64,000 nt of DNA, taken from the NCBI GenBank assembly GCA_951406725.2, contig OX597814.1, forward strand, positions 51,460,001-51,524,000, written 5' to 3'. The stretch's first letter is position 1. The number at the start of each line of letters is the position of its first letter. This DNA is from Octopus vulgaris. Its lineage: Eukaryota. The notes under the pieces are model-generated. The model was not told where the DNA came from, ran no database searches, and saw nothing but the letters and a program-made list of their open reading frames with translations. Below are positions 60,481-64,000 of the stretch, piece after piece. Both the position numbers and the translations under genes were made by a program.

Positions 60481-61626
60481 CTTACTACCAGAACTAGAGA
60501 AGAAATTTCAGGTATGGGAGCACAGACTGGAATCGAAGGGCCACAGAGTTAATTTAACAACAATAAAAGTATTGATAAGTAGGAAAACAAACAAATCACA
60601 GATCCCTTCAAGGAGACATCCTTGCTTGATATGTAGAAATGGTGCCAGGAGAAACTCCATCAGGTACAAGCTATGGACACATAGGTGGTGCAGCGGTATC
60701 ACTGGAAGACTAACAGAGAAAGTAGTCTTTACATGTGACAGATGCATGGGTACATTATACACCAGTAATGTACAAAAATAGATTCCCTCAAATGTCATGG
60801 GGATCCTTAGAAGTAGTAGATAGTTTCTGTTACTTAGGTGACCAAGTTAGTAGTGGTGGAGGTTGTTCTGAAAACATAGATGCTAGAATAAGAATAGGCT
60901 GGGATAAGTTCAGAGAGCTACTACCTCTGATAGTAATGAAAGGTCTCTCTTTCAGAGTGAAAGGCAGATTGTATGATGCCTGTGTACAAACAACTATGCT
61001 ACATACCAATGACACATGGGCTGTGACTATTGAAGATGTGCAAAGGCTTGAAAGAAATGAAGCCAGTATGCTTCGACAGATGGGTAATGTCAGTGTGCAT
61101 ATATGACAGAGTGTAAGTAACTTGCAAGAATAACTGGGTATATAAGGCATCAGATGTAGCATACAAGAGAGAAGACTGAACTGATATGGCCATGTAATGC
61201 ATATGATTGAAGACAGCTGCATCAAGAGAAGTCAATCTCAAATTGTAGAGGGAGCATGTGGAATGAAGTGGTGTGAAAGGATCTATGGATGTTGGGATTC
61301 ACAGAGAGAATGACAGGGGACCGGGGCTCCTGGTGGTTTGCTATGATTGAGAAGACTTGTCAAGCTATGTAAAAACATGGTTGCCCTTGCATACAGACTT
61401 ATCCCCTGCAGCCTTCTCCAGCTTGGGGACTCATAGCTGCTGGTGCCACATAAAAAGCATCCAGTACACTCTATAAAGTGGTTGGTGTTAGGAAGAGCAT
61501 CCAACCATAGAAACCATGCCAAAACAGACATGGAGCCCAGGTAGCTCTTCAGCAGGCCAGCACCTGTCAAACTGCTCAACCCATGCCAGCATGGAAAACG
61601 AATATTAAATGATGAAGATAATGATG

Positions 61627-61628
<2 letters not shown>
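60481..61628 (+). mobile_element. 5'-truncated RTE LINE with (GAT)n-like tail
   Basis: ORFs 60572..60781 and 60735..61106 ([44 protein letters not shown]). Confidence 0.9.
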
Positions 61629-61667
<39 letters not shown>

Positions 61668-62245
61668 CAGGGTGTCCCAAAAGTCACAGGTAGGTTTCAA
61701 TTTTTAATAACTTCCGTAACTTTACAATGCACCCGTGCTCTCTCCAAAACTTGCACCATAACACCCTCAAGAGTTTCAGACCCTACTTCTCTGATTTCTC
61801 TATTGATGTTCTCTTTCAGTTGCACCAGGGTCTCTGGTTTGTTGATGTAAACCGTCTCTTTCAGGTATCCACACAAGAAAAAATCTGGGCTAGTAAAGTC
61901 TGGAGAATGTGAAGGCCAGTTGACATTGCTGTAGCAGGAGATTATTATCTCTCCAAGGCACTGCCATAGCAACTGCATTGTTTCTCTAGCAGTAGAAGCA
62001 GTTGCCCCATCTTGCTGGAACCATGTGTGAGGTCTACTCTGAATGGCCTTCATGTTCCCCAGCTTGACTAGCCCAGATTTTTTTTCGTGGGGATACCTGA
62101 AAGAGTAACAAACTGGAGACCCTGGTGCAACTGAAGGAGAACATCAATAGAAAAATCAGAGAAGTGGGGTCTGAAACTCTTGAGAGTGTTATAGTCCAAG
62201 TTTTGGAAAGAGCACAGGAGTGTGAAACTGAAAATGGCTGCCATT
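61668..62245. mobile_element. Rearranged Tc1/mariner-superfamily DD41D (rosa/Visitor-type) element with an inverted transposase duplication
   Basis: TA|CAGGGTGTCCCAAAAGTC end; minus-strand WFQQDGAT...WPSHSPDFTSPDFFLCGYLK with 41 residues between the 2nd and 3rd Asp; plus-strand copy 62044-62245 ending CETENGCHL. Confidence 0.88.
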
Positions 62246-62830
62246 TAACCCTTTTGTTACGAACTCAGCTGAAACCGGCTCAGACTCATGTCTTGTTTTC
62301 ATATGTTTTGAATTAAACTCTTCCACCAAAAACTTAGTCACAATTTATGTTCCTAACACTAGCTGAATGATAACTAAGTTATTTTACAAAATTCTTTGTT
62401 ATATTTAAAGTAATTGAAAGAAACACAGAGCATCTCAAAATAAATACCCAACGTGCCATGCAGATATATATGACCACTTCCACCCACTTTTTCTAACCAT
62501 TCTCTCCCCAACTCTTGCAACCATTACTCCACTTCTCGATTCTTCTGTCACCACACATTCTCTTACTTAGATTCTTGGACATATTATCTTAAGTATATGC
62601 TTTGACCTGACCATCATTTTTATCTTTCTGGATTCATTCTACCCACCCTAAACACCCATAAATAATGCTGGGTAGCCTTGGATCTCCACTTACTCAACCC
62701 ACCCTGCTGTACTGCTTTTCACTCTTTAACTTTCACCAACTAAAGACCACTGAGACTGCTCTTCCTCTTTCCCTTTTATTACTCCTTTTCCTAACACAAC
62801 AATAAACTTTCTCTTTCCATCATATTTTAA

Positions 62831-63039
62831 TCCTTTAGCATTCAGATTTCTGTAAATGTAACACTTATTTATTCACATCGATAAAAATTAGCCATGCTAA
62901 TGTAGCTCTGAGATTTCAGTGATGTGATAATTTTTAGAAAAATATTGTGGGGTAAGTGTGAGAGACCAGATCTGACCAGTTTGAAAATGAAACAGGTAGA
63001 TTACTTTGACCAAATATGGCCAGTTTAAATGCTAAAGGG
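62831..63039. mobile_element. TTAA-target (piggyBac-like) MITE, second family; partial copy ~9762-9945
   Basis: TTAA|TCCTTTAGCATT ... AATGCTAAAGGG|TTAA. Confidence 0.82.
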
Positions 63040-64000
63040 TTAAATTCTCAGCACTTCATCTAGTGGTCATCTCTTCTATTATTAACCCTTTCAATTGCAG
63101 GGGTGGGGGCAGTCCTTTTTATTCTTGTAAGTTACAAGGCAACCTCACTAGTACTGGTGGCATGTAAGAAACACCCAGAATGCCCTACAAAATGGCTGGC
63201 TTTAAGGAAGAGCATCCAATGGTAGAAACCATGCCAAAACTGAAACATTGGAACAAGATGCTATCCTCTGATCTGTTGGACCCAGTCAAACTGTGCAAAC
63301 CATACCAAATGGAAAAAGGACATAGAATGATGATGATGGTGTGTGTGTCTCCACGCTCACATGCTTTCATTAACTAGACGGAATTCACAGAGGCAAAATT
63401 TCTACAATCAGATTCCTTTCATTAGCCCACAACTGTTACCAAGCAAGATAATATTTCCCCTTAGCTAGACATGTTTTTCAAAGAAAATAAGAAATAGACA
63501 TTGCTTAGACAATCATCATCATCGATTAATGTCTGTTTTCCATGCTGGCATGGGCTGCATGGTTTGACTGAGGTCTGGAGGGCAAGCAGCTGCACCAGGC
63601 TCCAATCTGATCTGGCAATGTTTCTACAGCTGTATGCCCTTCTTAACACCAACCACTCCGAGAGTCTAGTGGGTGCTTTTTACATGCCACCGGCACAGGA
63701 GCCAGTAAGGCAAGCCTGGCAACAAATACGTTCGGATGGTGCTTTTCACATGCCACTGGCACAGGAGCCAGTCAGGGGTACTGGTATTGGTCATGATTGG
63801 TTGGTGCTTTTTACAAATCACTGGCACAGGAGCTAGTTGGGCAGACCTGGCATTAACCATGTTCGTATGGTGCTTTTTATGTGCCATTGTCATGGGAAAC
63901 TGGCTCCAGCTACGATATTGGTTTTACTTGACTCAGCAGGTTTTCTCAAGCAGATCATATTGCCCGACGCATCAGAAGTATTCTTCTCCTGGTATGTGAT

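Noticed and set aside
53155-64000. Search for the upstream AASS exon (expected ...GLRLLALGHHTPFM)
   Set aside because: No matching segment seen by eye. It probably lies beyond the window; a tBLASTn with an AASS N-terminus would settle it.

Overview
AT-rich, microsatellite- and transposon-dense animal DNA. The repeat families look like those of octopus (coleoid cephalopod); this is an inference, not proof. One protein-coding gene spans the window on the minus strand: AASS, the bifunctional lysine-ketoglutarate reductase / saccharopine dehydrogenase (LKR/SDH). I traced 19 GT-AG exons from 53154 down to the stop at 4284. They total 2256 nt (751 aa plus stop) and all intron phases are compatible. 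About 180 N-terminal codons were not found and probably lie beyond 64000. The introns hold many RTE LINE fragments and their (GAT)n-tailed 3' ends, three tRNA-derived SINE types, and CR1, R4/Dong and Penelope-like remnants. They also hold a full-length dead mariner, a fold-back DD41D transposon, a probable Helitron, and hAT and TTAA-type MITEs. Best leads: (1) a perfect cryptic donor plus a second acceptor near the LKR/SDH boundary, which could give an SDH-only isoform or a poison exon; (2) Asp-to-Ser in the conserved LKR SIDN motif; (3) amplified hairpin/pseudoknot modules in the RTE 3' UTR; (4) several long intronic hairpins that are candidate ADAR substrates. None is demonstrated by sequence alone, and I found no clear-cut new biological system.
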